In this document: in pieces, positions 27,401 through 38,709 of the stretch
Position numbering within the stretch: position 1 is the stretch's first letter
Layout: each line of letters opens with the position of its first letter
NCBI RefSeq assembly: GCF_902459465.1
Contig: NC_047081.1
Coordinates: forward strand, 10,540,001-10,604,000
Source of the DNA: Asterias rubens
Taxonomy: Eukaryota
Length of the DNA stretch: 64,000 nucleotides
Direction: 5' to 3'
Notes under the pieces: model-generated
Told to the model about the DNA's origin: nothing
Seen by the model: the letters and a program-made list of their open reading frames with translations, nothing else
Database searches by the model: none
Program-made: the position numbers and the translations under genes

Positions 27401-29982
27401 AATTTGTGACTGAAATCCTGCACATTACTATAATAGATGTTAAGCAGGGATTTTCTAAGAGGTTAAATACCTCTATGAAATACGGCCCTACTGACTCTCT
27501 TAGTAAAACTGCTTAAAAGCAGACAATAAGGATCAGCACAATAAAGTTTCGTACGCTTTGTTTCCCCCAAACAAAGAAGGGCAAACAGTACATACAATCT
27601 CACATAAAAACAAGCTTTCTTCAGTGCCACTTTTGTTTCTAGCCATCATTGAAGCTAGTGTGTGTTAAGTGGGCATTGAATAATTTCTCACCATTATAAG
27701 TTATCACACAAGCACAACTGGAATACGGAAAAATAAAGAGCATCTGCGTTCCATTATTTTTTTCGTATTTCGATGAGCAGCACGTGTGAAAACGTTTTTA
27801 TCTTCAAGCAAACTTGGTGCGTGACATAGAACACACAAGATGCAGGTAGTGATATGGGCCATGCAATATAGGTTTATACCACCATTCCATTCTGCAAATC
27901 TGATTGGAGGATTAGCGCGTACTTGAAGATAAATAATAATATCACTGATTCTGTTTATTTGATGTTGTTTAGGTGGCCGCCAGCTACTAGACACCAGAAA
28001 TCGTCTTCAAGACAACCATGTTACCCAGCGGAAACTACAGGAGGCAGCGCTCAACGCCAAGCTGGACCTCACAAACAAGAAGATAGAACAGAAACTCCAG
28101 GTAGGTCAACTTATGACCCTTATGTCAAAGTTAAAGTTAAATGGACTATTCTTCCTGTGTGGACATAATTCGCTCCAGATTTTCAGCAATTTCTCAAAAA
28201 CAAATTCTCCTTTTGAAATGAAATTTTCAGATGTTAGTTCTATCTTGTACAATCTACATTTTTATAGGATTAAAACAATCAAATGGTTCCCCTAACCAAA
28301 GGTATATTTTGCTTTTCAATTATACACATTTTTTTCTTCTTCTATTTTCAGAGTCACGAAGCCAGAAAAAGTCGCCGGCTTCAACACATCACAGCACTGA
28401 AGAAGAAAGAGCACGAGAAAGAGTTAATGGACTGGGAGGAGCGCTTTAGTAAGAGGCAGTACGACTCCACACGCAGAGGCTATGAAGATACGCTCAAACA
28501 TGCAAAGGTAAAGGCACTGCTGTTCAAATAAGACAAATAGATAGCAAGATGTAAACAAAAATTGTATACAAATATGGATTCATAGGAGTGAATGGACCAT
28601 CCCCCCCTATTCCATTTTGCCAAGTGCCCATTTTCATTGAGCTGCATAATAAGCAAAAAATACTGCTTGACACAATTCTGTTCGAAATGAGCTTGGGTGT
28701 GGTAACCTGACTCTCGTAGGCATAATTGTGTTGTGCTTAGCTGCTGTATGTGCTTAAGCAGTTCTATGATATAGGGCCTAGGACACACCACCCTAGAAGC
28801 CAGTTCATACGCAAAACGATTTCTCTTGCATCATAATTACGCCTACCAAATGCTGCCTCACCGTAAATTGCTTTGCATTCTCACTTTTTTTTCCCTACTA
28901 TTAATGAAATGACTCAAATAAACAAACCCCTTTTGTATGTTATTTTATTCCCATTTTACAGAGAACCGTAACAAAACAGGAAGAGATCGAGCACGACTTG
29001 TCCACCCGGGTCAGAACAAGCGAGTACGCCCGCAAACAGAAAGAGCAACAGTGCAAGAGACTGCAACAGCAACTCGCCGAATTGAAAAGAAAGAATGCCC
29101 AACGGATCAAGGAGCAGATGATCGAATGCTCCCAACGAGAGAAAGAGCTCGAGCAGAAGATCCTACGAGAGCAATCCGAGTTATTCAAGGTGGGTTTCAC
29201 AAGTTTCAATATTTTATTTTTTATAACAAGGGACGTCAGCAGATAATTCTTAACAAGCATTTGCTTTAACTCTGCTAGTTTATACATATTTCTCTCGTAG
29301 CAATCCAGTCTGTTTTTCGTAAATGTTTTCTTGTTACCTGTTTGTCTTGTCTCCTTTTTTGTAGTTTGACTGTCTAGGAATTTCGTCATTGTCTTCTCTC
29401 TTCTCAATTGGCTTTAATAAGAGCGTTGAGATCATGTTTTTTATTTATTTATTTTATTTATTTGATATCCATCAGCGTATGACCACCATTTACAGATATC
29501 ATTTTAAAAGAGAAACAGATAAAACTAAATATAAATGTATATGTGAAAATTATATCTAAACCCAAATCCAAATTTGTTGTTTTCCTTATAGAGCCATGTA
29601 AACCGTGAGGAAGGATACGTAACGTTACAACAGCATCGCATGATGATGAAGGAGGATAGAATTATTCTAGATGGCACGGCTAAGGTGAGATATATTTGTC
29701 TTTAGTCCATAGTCCAGATTGGAGGCGGATTGAAGTTTGTACTGTGTGAAACGGGTTGAACAAAATCTCCGGTTGGGAGACCCCAAGATTTTGAACAGTC
29801 TGAAATGGCCTAAAGCTAAGTTAAATAATGGTGACAAAAAGTATTTAACACATGACAAGGATCAGTGTGTGGGAAATTTAAATATAAAAGTTAAAAATTG
29901 CATTTTTTTTGTTTTTGTATAGGAGCATGATCGATTATTAAAGATTGGTGAGAAGACGGATCTACTAGGCAGCTACCCTTGA
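21414..29982 (+). CDS. Uncharacterised K/E/R/Q-rich coiled-coil protein, about 583 aa
   Basis: 14 phase-consistent GT-AG exons: 21414-21544, 22204-22348, 22731-22871, 23364-23472, 24153-24250, 24557-24636, 25297-25503, 26190-26264, 27166-27266, 27973-28100, 28352-28507, 28962-29189, 29592-29684, 29923-29982 (1752 nt, TGA). Ideal Kozak context. Charged helical composition. No family motif recognised. Confidence 0.88.
23088..23280 (+). mobile_element. Second tRNA-derived SINE type (V-domain-like) fragment
   Basis: tRNA-like head GGTGTAGTGGT...CTCGCCTTCCACCTCTGGGACCCCGGTTTAAATC followed by GGGTTTTCCTCCCAC, typical of V-type SINE cores. Confidence 0.55.
24762..25078 (+). repeat. Copy of an intron-1 segment (about 20762-20973) inserted in a later intron of the same gene, between 41-bp direct repeats
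   Basis: GGAACAACTCTGGAGCGCCTTGGTTTCAGACGTCAATCTTG at 24762-24802 and 25038-25078. The enclosed ~230 bp matches 20762-20973 nearly exactly. Confidence 0.92.
26292..26478. mobile_element. MITE-like inverted-repeat element
   Basis: AAGCCTGGCTTCATACTT ... AAGTATGAGCCAGGCTT termini, with internal GCGAAT/ATTCGC subrepeats. Confidence 0.65.
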
Positions 29983-30025
29983 AGGTGTTTTTCTTCTTCT
30001 TGACCTTCGTGATCTGTTTGACCTC

Positions 30026-30243
30026 CAACTTTAGCTTCAAGACCAATCCGCTACTAACTTAAGTATTCGAGCCTCCCTCAGGAATAGTGGACTTTGAACC
30101 AGTGTGATTGAGGTTCGATTCCAACCCACCTCTATCTAACTTGAACTTCAGGACCAATCCGCTACTAACTTCAAAGCATTCGAACCGCCCTCAGGAATAG
30201 CGGACTTTCAACCAGTGTGTCCGAGGTTCGATTCCGACCCACC
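30026..30243 (+). repeat. About 111-bp tandem duplication in the coiled-coil gene 3' UTR, with tRNA B-box-like ends
   Basis: CTTCA(A/G)GACCAATCCGCTACTAACTT...CCCTCAGGAATAG(T/C)GGACTTT...GAGGTTCGATTCC(A/G)ACCC at about 30035 and 30146. Confidence 0.8.
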
Positions 30244-30707
30244 AAAAAATACTATTATGTGTGTGAGTGTAAGATGCCGACGAGCTTTTGTCTTCATATT
30301 TACAGCGAGAAGGTTGATGATTTGCAACCATTTTCAGCATCATGCCGTTTTTTTTTTTTTTTTTCTGACGCTTCGGGCAAAACATTTTCCACAATCATCA
30401 GTCTTGTGAATTTGTATGTATATTTTATCAATTAAAGAATTATGCTATTGGTTAATAGTTGTATATATTTGTATCTACTTGTTTAACTGCTGTTTATAAG
30501 TAACTTGTATTTATTTGTGTCTTCATCACAAAGCATCTGAATATATTTTGAGAAACATGTCACTTTGAAGTAATGTGTTTTTGTAAAAGATCTGTCTTCC
30601 TTTAAGATCCACATTCAGAACTTCTCCAAGAAAAGCCTCGCTATATTTTCAAAAGCTGTCTGTACAATATTTAGGGACAGCCATTGGATCGGCACCTTAT
30701 TGTTAAT

Positions 30708-30721
30708 ATTGATTGATTGAC

Positions 30722-30769
<48 letters not shown>

Positions 30770-30775
30770 TGATTG
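30708..30775. repeat. (GATT)n microsatellite
   Basis: Long GATT run read directly, with one GACT interruption. Confidence 0.95.
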
Positions 30776-31949
30776 TTTGAAGGTCTGTTATTATGATAGA
30801 TCAAACATATCTTTCGATTGCCATTTTTCACAGCTTTGTAACAAAAAAATGCTTCCACGAGATAGTATTTATATTTTGATCAAATAATGATATTTTTGTC
30901 AATCACTTTCTAATTTCATATTATTTTGGGAAATAACATTGCATTGATCTCGTTAGCAACAGATAGTTTAAAATCTCCCATTTTCCTCCTTGTTTCTCTT
31001 TTTCAAGCAACATGTGCTCCCCCTTGAAAAATAAAGATAATTTTTATTGAGTGGAGGAAAACGATGTTGACATACATAAGTAAACTATTTTAACAAACCT
31101 CTTGTGCTTCATACTTTCTGAGGATAAAACAATGCTTTTGTTTGATAATAAAAAAATGACTGACGAGTCTTCAAGAGATGTAGGATGCAGACAAATAAAT
31201 GAGTGCATGTGTTTTACAAAAACGTTTTCTTTTGAGTAAAACTTTCTTATCCACCAATGAACCAGTTTCTATGGTTTATAGATTTGATTTGTTTCGGCTG
31301 TTCAAGAAAACAATTCATGGCAAAAACAACTTTGGAGTAGAAGCCTATATCAGCGCATGTTGAGAAATATTTTACGTCGAAGTAATGCGGTTATGTCAAC
31401 AGATACATTACATGGATCATTATTGCCCAATATTTGCGCATCTCATATTGCTATCCTAGTTGAGCAACCTGAAGGTTCTAAATTCCTAAGGTATACTTTG
31501 TCTTTGAAGTTTCATGCCCCAAGGTTGTAAAAATAAGGAGTTTGCCCTTTTGTTTTCTCTCTCAGCACGATTCCTGACACACATTATGCTGTTAAAAAAT
31601 ACGAAAAACAAACACAAAAACCTTTGCATATATATTGTGCCACGGACAATGGACACTGAAAAATTGTTTGTAAATGGTTGCTAGATGCCTTATTTACCGA
31701 TTGTAGAGATTTATATTTAGATGGAGCAAATAATCCTAGTGCGTCAAAGTTCACATTGTATTTATAACTGATAAGCCACGGGCACTGCCGATGTGTTCTG
31801 TTATTTTAAGGAAAGGCCACAGTGCTTTCAGTCCAAAGCTGTGAAACACAGGGTCACTTTTTGGGACCACTCACCCGTAGGAACTAGTCCACCGTGCACT
31901 AGTCATTATTTCTGAACCGTTCAAGAGACCCGACGCACCGTTCACAATC

Positions 31950-34900
31950 ATGGGGAAAAGCACCGTCTTGATAACTGGCTGCTCGTCTGGGATTGGGCTC
32001 GCAGCTGCTGTTATGTTAGCACAGGATCCCGAACACAAGTACAAGGTAGGTATATATCAACCTTCCAAGAGGCCTCAATATGGATTTGTGTGAAGAAACT
32101 GTACAAAATAATTGATGCATCACGACACTTTACAAAATGGTCATTCTTTCTCACTACAAATTGATAAACATACAAAAGGGTCACTTTGTGATTTATTGGG
32201 TAACAAACTCGCCGAAAAATAAAACATAAATACACGCACTGTGTGTATAACTCATAGGCTTAAGTAGGTGAATAAAGGATTTTCACTTGACGAATTTTCT
32301 ATATTATCCCTAGTCTTGGTGCAAGACGTTTCTCGTTCCCTTTTCACGCACACTGCGGCCAATTCACCGACAGCGCGCGCACCGACTCACCTGACTTATA
32401 GTCCACTCACCGCCGGAGAAACGTCTTGGTCCGTGTGCATGTTTGAGTTATGTGACCTCACATACATATTCAACGTGTGGGTCAACAAAATACTACGCAG
32501 GCGCACAACTGAAAACAGACAAGCGGGCCAGCCTGGTAACTTGCATGCACCCGACGTGTCGAGAAAAAGCCTCACTGCATCATGCTACGGCAGGAACCCG
32601 GGGAAATACACACCATGTTCGTTTTGTGGCGCATGCAAAGGCGATCACTGATCTTTATGTTATTATTAATTAGAGATCAGCGGTTGCGATCGATTGTTAG
32701 AGGGAAGAAATTGTCAGTCAATGAAAAAATACTTTAACAATATTGCTGACCGCATCGGCAAGACTCGAGGAGTCGAGTGTTTTATTTGCAGATGAGAGAA
32801 CTTGTAACTTGTATGGGTATATTTGCACATTATTTCGAAAATAAAGAAAGATATCCTGCATGGCTATCGGCACTTAATTATAAAGCACAGTTGATCACAA
32901 TCGTTCGCCAAAATTGTCCTCCATTACATGTCACGTCTAATTGTGGCCAAGTGCGTGGGCAAAGGATATGTCTGACATGTACATGTACCTTCTTGTACAC
33001 ATGCACACAGTACACAACCGAATGCCAACGTGGTGTTGTGGCTGGGCTTCTTATCTTCGCGAAGACGTGTCAAATTACTCATAGGCTTAGATATTTAATG
33101 GTGGTCGACCACCGGTTGATTTTGACCAAGCTGTGTGAGTATGATACGGAAGTTTCGGATGTAGTGTTTAGTTTTTTCTGCATAAAAAGTACTTTCAGGC
33201 ACTGTGACCCTATAATTATTTGTACCTACAAAGTTACCCTTTGGACTAAGACTAAAAATGCCAGAAAATCCCATGTTCGTGTACATCGATCTATTTTTGT
33301 TAGCTCTGTTGCTAAACATCCTCGTTCTTAACATTTTAAGATTCCATTCCCCTCAATTAATTGCACTTACAAAAATTCTCAAAATCTTCCCCAAAAACGT
33401 ATTTTAGGGCAAACTAAAATTCGCACATCGTTCTACAGCAATCATGTTTACAAAACTTAAAAGACGAACGTAAATGTACAAGCCCTACACACCAACTAAC
33501 ATTCGAGGAAGCCTGGCTGTTTCTGGTTGCGTTGCACCGAAGACGTACAGATACCAGACTGTGGGAAATTATGCTGATACTGCTACGTCAGAGTTATGCA
33601 GGCCTAGCGCAGCACGGAATGATTGGAATGTGCTCGGAATTTCCCGAGCGATCAGCAAACGGACCAAGACGTTTCTCCGGGGCGGTGAGTGGACTATAAG
33701 TCAGGTGAGTCGGTGCGCGCGCTGTCGGTGAATTGGCCGCGGTGTGCGTGAAAAGGGAACGAGAAACGTCTTGCACCAAGACTATATTATCCCTTAACTT
33801 GTTTGTGCCCTCTTACTTTACGCCCGCCCACTATATATCACCGCGTTCATGATGGGCTGTCGAGGGCCCCCGATACTCTGTGGATGAACTCTCACCCACG
33901 TAACAGTACGAGCTGCGCGGCATGCACTCTCTGAAGGCAGGGTCGATTTCACAAAGAGTTTGTACAAGTCCTAACTTTAGTACTAGTCCTAAAAGAGATA
34001 TCAAAAACGTATAGCTAGTCCTGCGGGACTAAGTCTTTACTCTTTCCACACTTTTGATAGTTTCCGCTCATCAGCAACTTTATTAAACCCTTGGTCATGT
34101 AGGCGCCGATTTACTCACGGTAGGCAAAGCAGACCCATCAAATAGTTTTGTCAAAACTTTAGAAAACTACTTTTTTCCCCGCAGGTCTATGCAACCATGA
34201 GAAATCTTGCATCGAAAGACAGTCTGGAGAAAGCTGCAGGCAGCGCCCTCAACGAGACCCTCTTCATCAGAACGCTCGACGTCACTAAGGACGACACAGT
34301 GACGACATTGGTTGAGGATATCATTCGTGAAGACGGAAAAATTGATGTCCTTGGTAAATTTGTGGGTGGGGTCGAATGGTCAGCTCTGCTACAAAAAAGT
34401 AGGGTCATTATACAAAAGCCATGGACAGACCAGAGGCCTAAGCAGCCAGCATAAAACATGTGTTACCTTTTTGGTTCCAGATTCTTTCTTTAAATAAGAC
34501 CGGTAAACTTCTGTACCTATTTTCATACAGTGATCTTTTCTATTATGCATGCATGCGTTTGCTATTGACAACGAAGTTTAATATCATATTAAATAAACAT
34601 ACAATATTTTACCCTGTTTTGGCTTGTGTCAAGTTGAAAGTTTAAGTTGATTTTTGTTTCGCAAAAAAGAGATAATCACACGTGCTTGGTCCCCCCCCCC
34701 CCCCCCCCAACACACACACACACACCCTTCATGGGATATATTGACGCTATGGCGTGCCATGTGTGTGTCTATACTTATCAGGTAGATTTTGTTCTTTAGA
34801 ACTGTCTTGCTACCACGGAGTAGATTTTCGGAAATCTGGACACTTCTCAGTTCTTAAAAGATCTGTCCTGCTTTTTACTACATGTACCTGGGCGGAAGGT

Positions 34901-37058
34901 AGAAAATCGGCCAGGAGTACTTATTGTTGCTTTTAGTGGATCGTTATAATAACTTCCCCCATTTTGTTTCCACTAGTAAACAACGCAGGAATCGGTGGCA
35001 CCGATGGTATCCTGTACAAGTCTATGGAGTGGAGTCAGGGAGTGATGGATACCAACTTCTGGGGCGTTGTGCGGCTCACTCGGGCTGTGCTCCCCTCCAT
35101 GAAGGAACGAAAAGCCGGCAGGATCATTAACATCAGCAGCATGGTGGGAATCAATGGTACGTGCGTACCCCATAACGCCACATTAAAGAAACTCGAGGGT
35201 TAAAGTTGTCTAATTATTGTGTTCTACATTAATTTTTTTCTGTCACCCCCGCGGCACACTACAAACAGTCATTACATTTTACCCTTTTGTAAATGGCAAT
35301 GCAATTTGTGTTACAAAATATAAGGGAAAAGTGCCACTCAATTTCCAATCCCTTCCGCGGATCATTTTGCAATGGGAGACTTTGGAACGCTAGGTGGCAG
35401 CAGACCTACCAGGTATGCGCCCATTACTGAGAACAATGGAATTTACCTGGTAAGTCTGCTGCCTCCAAAGCGTCCCAAAAGTCTCCTATTGAAATGTAAA
35501 AAAAAAGAGGCTGTTTTGCCAAGGAAGGGCCATGCAATCCACTGCCCATTCGTCCTAGACAACCGTACACACGTCACTAAAAGAAAATTAAAACGGAGTC
35601 ACAAAAATTAATGTGTATGCCATCGTGTTCCAAGTTACAATGCTCGAACCCTTCTAAGTATACCCAACTAGCATGGGGCCAGTTCACAGGGTTGTGTTTT
35701 TAGCTGGGCCAGGCTTGTTTACTTTCTCGGTAGAAAATTGTTATACGGACAAAGTCCGACCCTGTGTACGTCTTTGTGCGGACTGCACACACCAATGGCG
35801 TTAAAACTAGACGATTATGTCCAAAATAGTTTTAGAAAGATAAAAAGTATCCATCGTGGGGTCATTGGATGCTGTTTTTAAAAAGTTATTTTTGTGGAGA
35901 ACAGAGTTGGTGTTTTTGATTCACTTACAATTTTCATATTAAAATAATTTACATTTAATTATTAAATAATATTAAAATAATTACATCAAACTTGTTTTCC
36001 GCAGGGTTGCCTTTCCTCAGTATTTATTCAGCCTCCAAGTTTGCAATGGAAGGGTACACCGAATCAATTGCGCCGATTTTATTGGCCTATAACATCAGGT
36101 AGGCCCCCTAAGCTCCTCGTAAAAAAGTACCTTTTAGTTTGCCCGTCTCTTGCAAAAGTGACTTTGGTAAATTATGTATAGCTCTTGCAAACCTTGTTAT
36201 TACGATTTACGAAAAATACAGACGATAAAAGGCACTGTTAAAGGCACTGGATACTATTGGTATTAATTATGCAAAATAATTGTTGGCATGGCAACATACT
36301 TGGTAACCAACAAATGAGAGCTGTTGATAGTTTCAATCTTTGTGACAAACGGCTCTCTCTCTCTGAAAAGTAACGCAGTTTTACAGACATAAAGCCTTTT
36401 TTCGGCATCTGAAAGTACACAAAATGCTCGTTATTTTTACGGGAGTGTTCATGGCCTTCAAGGAATCCGCGACCAAGGGAGTCGGACCCCACCAGTTGCT
36501 AAAGACTGTTCACACGAGTAGGTAACTCGCTGCTAACTTCACTGCTAACTTCGCTGCTAAATATTCACAGCGGGTGTTTGATTGACAAAACGATCGCTAA
36601 AAAGTGCCCGTTGCTTTCACAATTGAGGCATGGTCGCAGTTGCCAGCTTTCGGCTTCTGGTAGTTTTCTCTGCTATAGTATGTTGAAGAAATCTGCATGT
36701 AGGCCTATTCTAATACAACCCATCATTGCTTTGTTGGTATCATGGTTTCAGGGTGAGCCTAATCGAGCCAGCGGGTGTCCTGACCGAGATCATAACCAAG
36801 TACAAAAGCATCCCCTTCGAAAAGCACGTGGAGGGTTATGATGACGTCATGAGGGGCATGTATATTGAGATGATGACCCCGAAGCCAGGCTCTATGACGG
36901 CCAGCTTACAGACGGCCGATGACATCGCTAAGATAGTCAAGGAGGTGACCGAGAGCGAGAGCCCACACCTCCGGTACCAGAGCACCGAAGCGGTGGAACA
37001 ACTTGCCGGGCGGAAATGGGTCGATCCGACCGGGGATAACTTACTTAAGCCGAAGTAA
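31950..37058 (+). CDS. RDH8: Classical short-chain dehydrogenase/reductase, retinol dehydrogenase 8 / 17-beta-HSD1-like, 281 aa
   Basis: Exons 31950-32045, 34185-34353, 34977-35156, 36005-36098, 36752-37058 (846 nt). Motifs: VLITGCSSGIG, VYATMRNL, LDVT, DVLVNNAG, TNFWG, IINISS, catalytic YSASK, IEPAGV, PHLRYQS. Exact orthology within the SDR28C-type group is uncertain. Confidence 0.88.
32311..33784. mobile_element. Non-autonomous DNA transposon, 1474 bp, ~128-bp TIRs, 9-bp TSD TATTATCCC, in SDR intron 1
   Basis: Left TIR 32311-32438 and right TIR 33655-33784 are near-identical inverted copies with TAG...CTA termini. TATTATCCC lies at 32302-32310 and 33785-33793. No transposase ORF inside. 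Confidence 0.9.
35369..35492. mobile_element. Hairpin MITE, family A; second copy at about 53295-53450
   Basis: CAATGGGAGACTTTGGAACGCTAGGTGGCAGCAGAC ... GTCTGCTGCCTCCAAAGCGTCCCAAAAGTCTCCTATTG. The same arms occur at about 53295-53450. Confidence 0.75.
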
Positions 37059-38239
37059 AGTTGACAGCAGCCCAGTTTCACTTTTTGACACTTTTTCCAC
37101 TCTAAATTTTAATGATTCGCACACACTTGTCCTTAATTATTCCTATGGAAAAACAGTTTTACAATAACTTTTACAATGACTTTATATTCTAATTTGTAAC
37201 AAATAAATAAGCTTAATAATCTGATCCCTGGGGTGATCCCTGGCTGCCGCTTCCCTGGTATCGTAAACTTATGTGTGATACCTGGCTATACGAGAGTACA
37301 GGTTGAATGGTTTCTGAATGGTATACCTAACTAATTAGATATTGACAATATTAATTTTGTATAATAAACTTCAAAGGCTGGTTTTTAGTAAATGTTATTC
37401 ATGTTGAAAGCCCATCCACTAACAATGAACAGAACCCCAAACCAACGCTTATTATGATAAATATAAAGTCTGTCAGCTTCTTGAAAACCCAAATAAATAT
37501 ATAACAAAAATATATTTTCGGTCACACAATAAACTTTAAATTTCTTTGTCAAATTTTGGTAGGTCAACCGTTTGGAATCTTTACTAATTATTCCCGAGAA
37601 GTCACCCCAAAACGAAAACAATGTGCCTTTTCCCAAACCGATTTGCTGTCAGTTTTCGTGAAGCACTCACTTCCCCAAAGCCATAAAATGACCATTATTT
37701 ATAAGCGCAGTTGAAGCACAGAACCCCCGGGTTCGGGTAGACTAATATTTGTACACAATCTATTTAACTTTGCACGACCCTCAAAAAATTCGCTCGTCCC
37801 CAGCGCCAATTGCCTTGCACCCGGGGGTCTGTTCCGATTTTCGGTTGTTCGGCCCACCACCAGGTCCGGGGTTAACGGAGGGCGCCCTCTATAGCTGTGT
37901 TTACGTCACACGGCCACATGTATAATATGCCAATGACTGAACTGAATGAGTGGTGGATCCTACTGTCCGATTTAGAACTTGTTTTTGTGTGTCTGGGTGA
38001 GATTAACCTCGATTTATATTATTGTAGGTTTTGATGTTATGCTATGGTATAGAAATTTGCCACGTTTGTTTTTGTTTTCGTTGTTATATTTATAAATTAA
38101 AAATGGTTGATTTTGCCGGTAGCGTACAAAGTCCAGTTTCCGGACAGCAGTTTATAATAGCACTTGTAATTATATACTACATGTATTAAAAAACACCGTG
38201 CACCAAACCAATAGCGCTTATTGGGTCATAATAAGAAAA

Positions 38240-38381
38240 AGTTTCCGTATGGATGGCGCCACCACTTATTCATTCGATATGAAATAATATAGTTAGTATC
38301 AAATTTACCTCAAGATATCCCTTTTTGTAAAAATTAGTGCAAAAAAAAGTCACAAGTGGTGGTGGCGCCATACGGAAAGTT
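38240..38381. mobile_element. Hairpin MITE, family B; second copy at about 59651-59780
   Basis: TTTCCGTATGG(ATG)GCGCCACCACTT ... AAGTGGTGGCGCCATACGGAAA arms around a shared AT-rich core, at two loci. Confidence 0.78.
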
Positions 38382-38709
38382 AGCCCATAATAAAACTGTC
38401 GGGAGGAGAGTTACGTTATCGCAACTGCTTTAGCACTAGCAGTACACTTACACTGGTTGAATGGCTTCTGACTTGCGCACCTGAGAAACTGCAGAGAAAC
38501 AAAATATCCTATAGTTGGTGTAAATAGAGAGACCACCAACAAGGTTTATTAGATTTAGATAGCTCAGCTGGTTGAGCGCCAGCACATCAATCCAGAGCAT
38601 CACAGGTTCAAGTCTCGCTGTAGTAGTTATTACTTTGTTATTACAATTGCCATAATAATGTCTCATCTGAATTTTTTTCTCAAAGAACTTCAACCACTCT
38701 CCATCCTTC

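Noticed and set aside
25171-29407. Antisense ORFs over the coiled-coil exons (25171-25482, 25229-25552, 28940-29407)
   Set aside because: Shadow frames opposite real coding exons, with no independent support.
32268-33779. ORFs inside the TIR element as a transposase (127 aa, 184 aa, 85 aa)
   Set aside because: No DDE, helicase or zinc-finger motifs. The same peptide on both strands merely reflects the inverted repeats.
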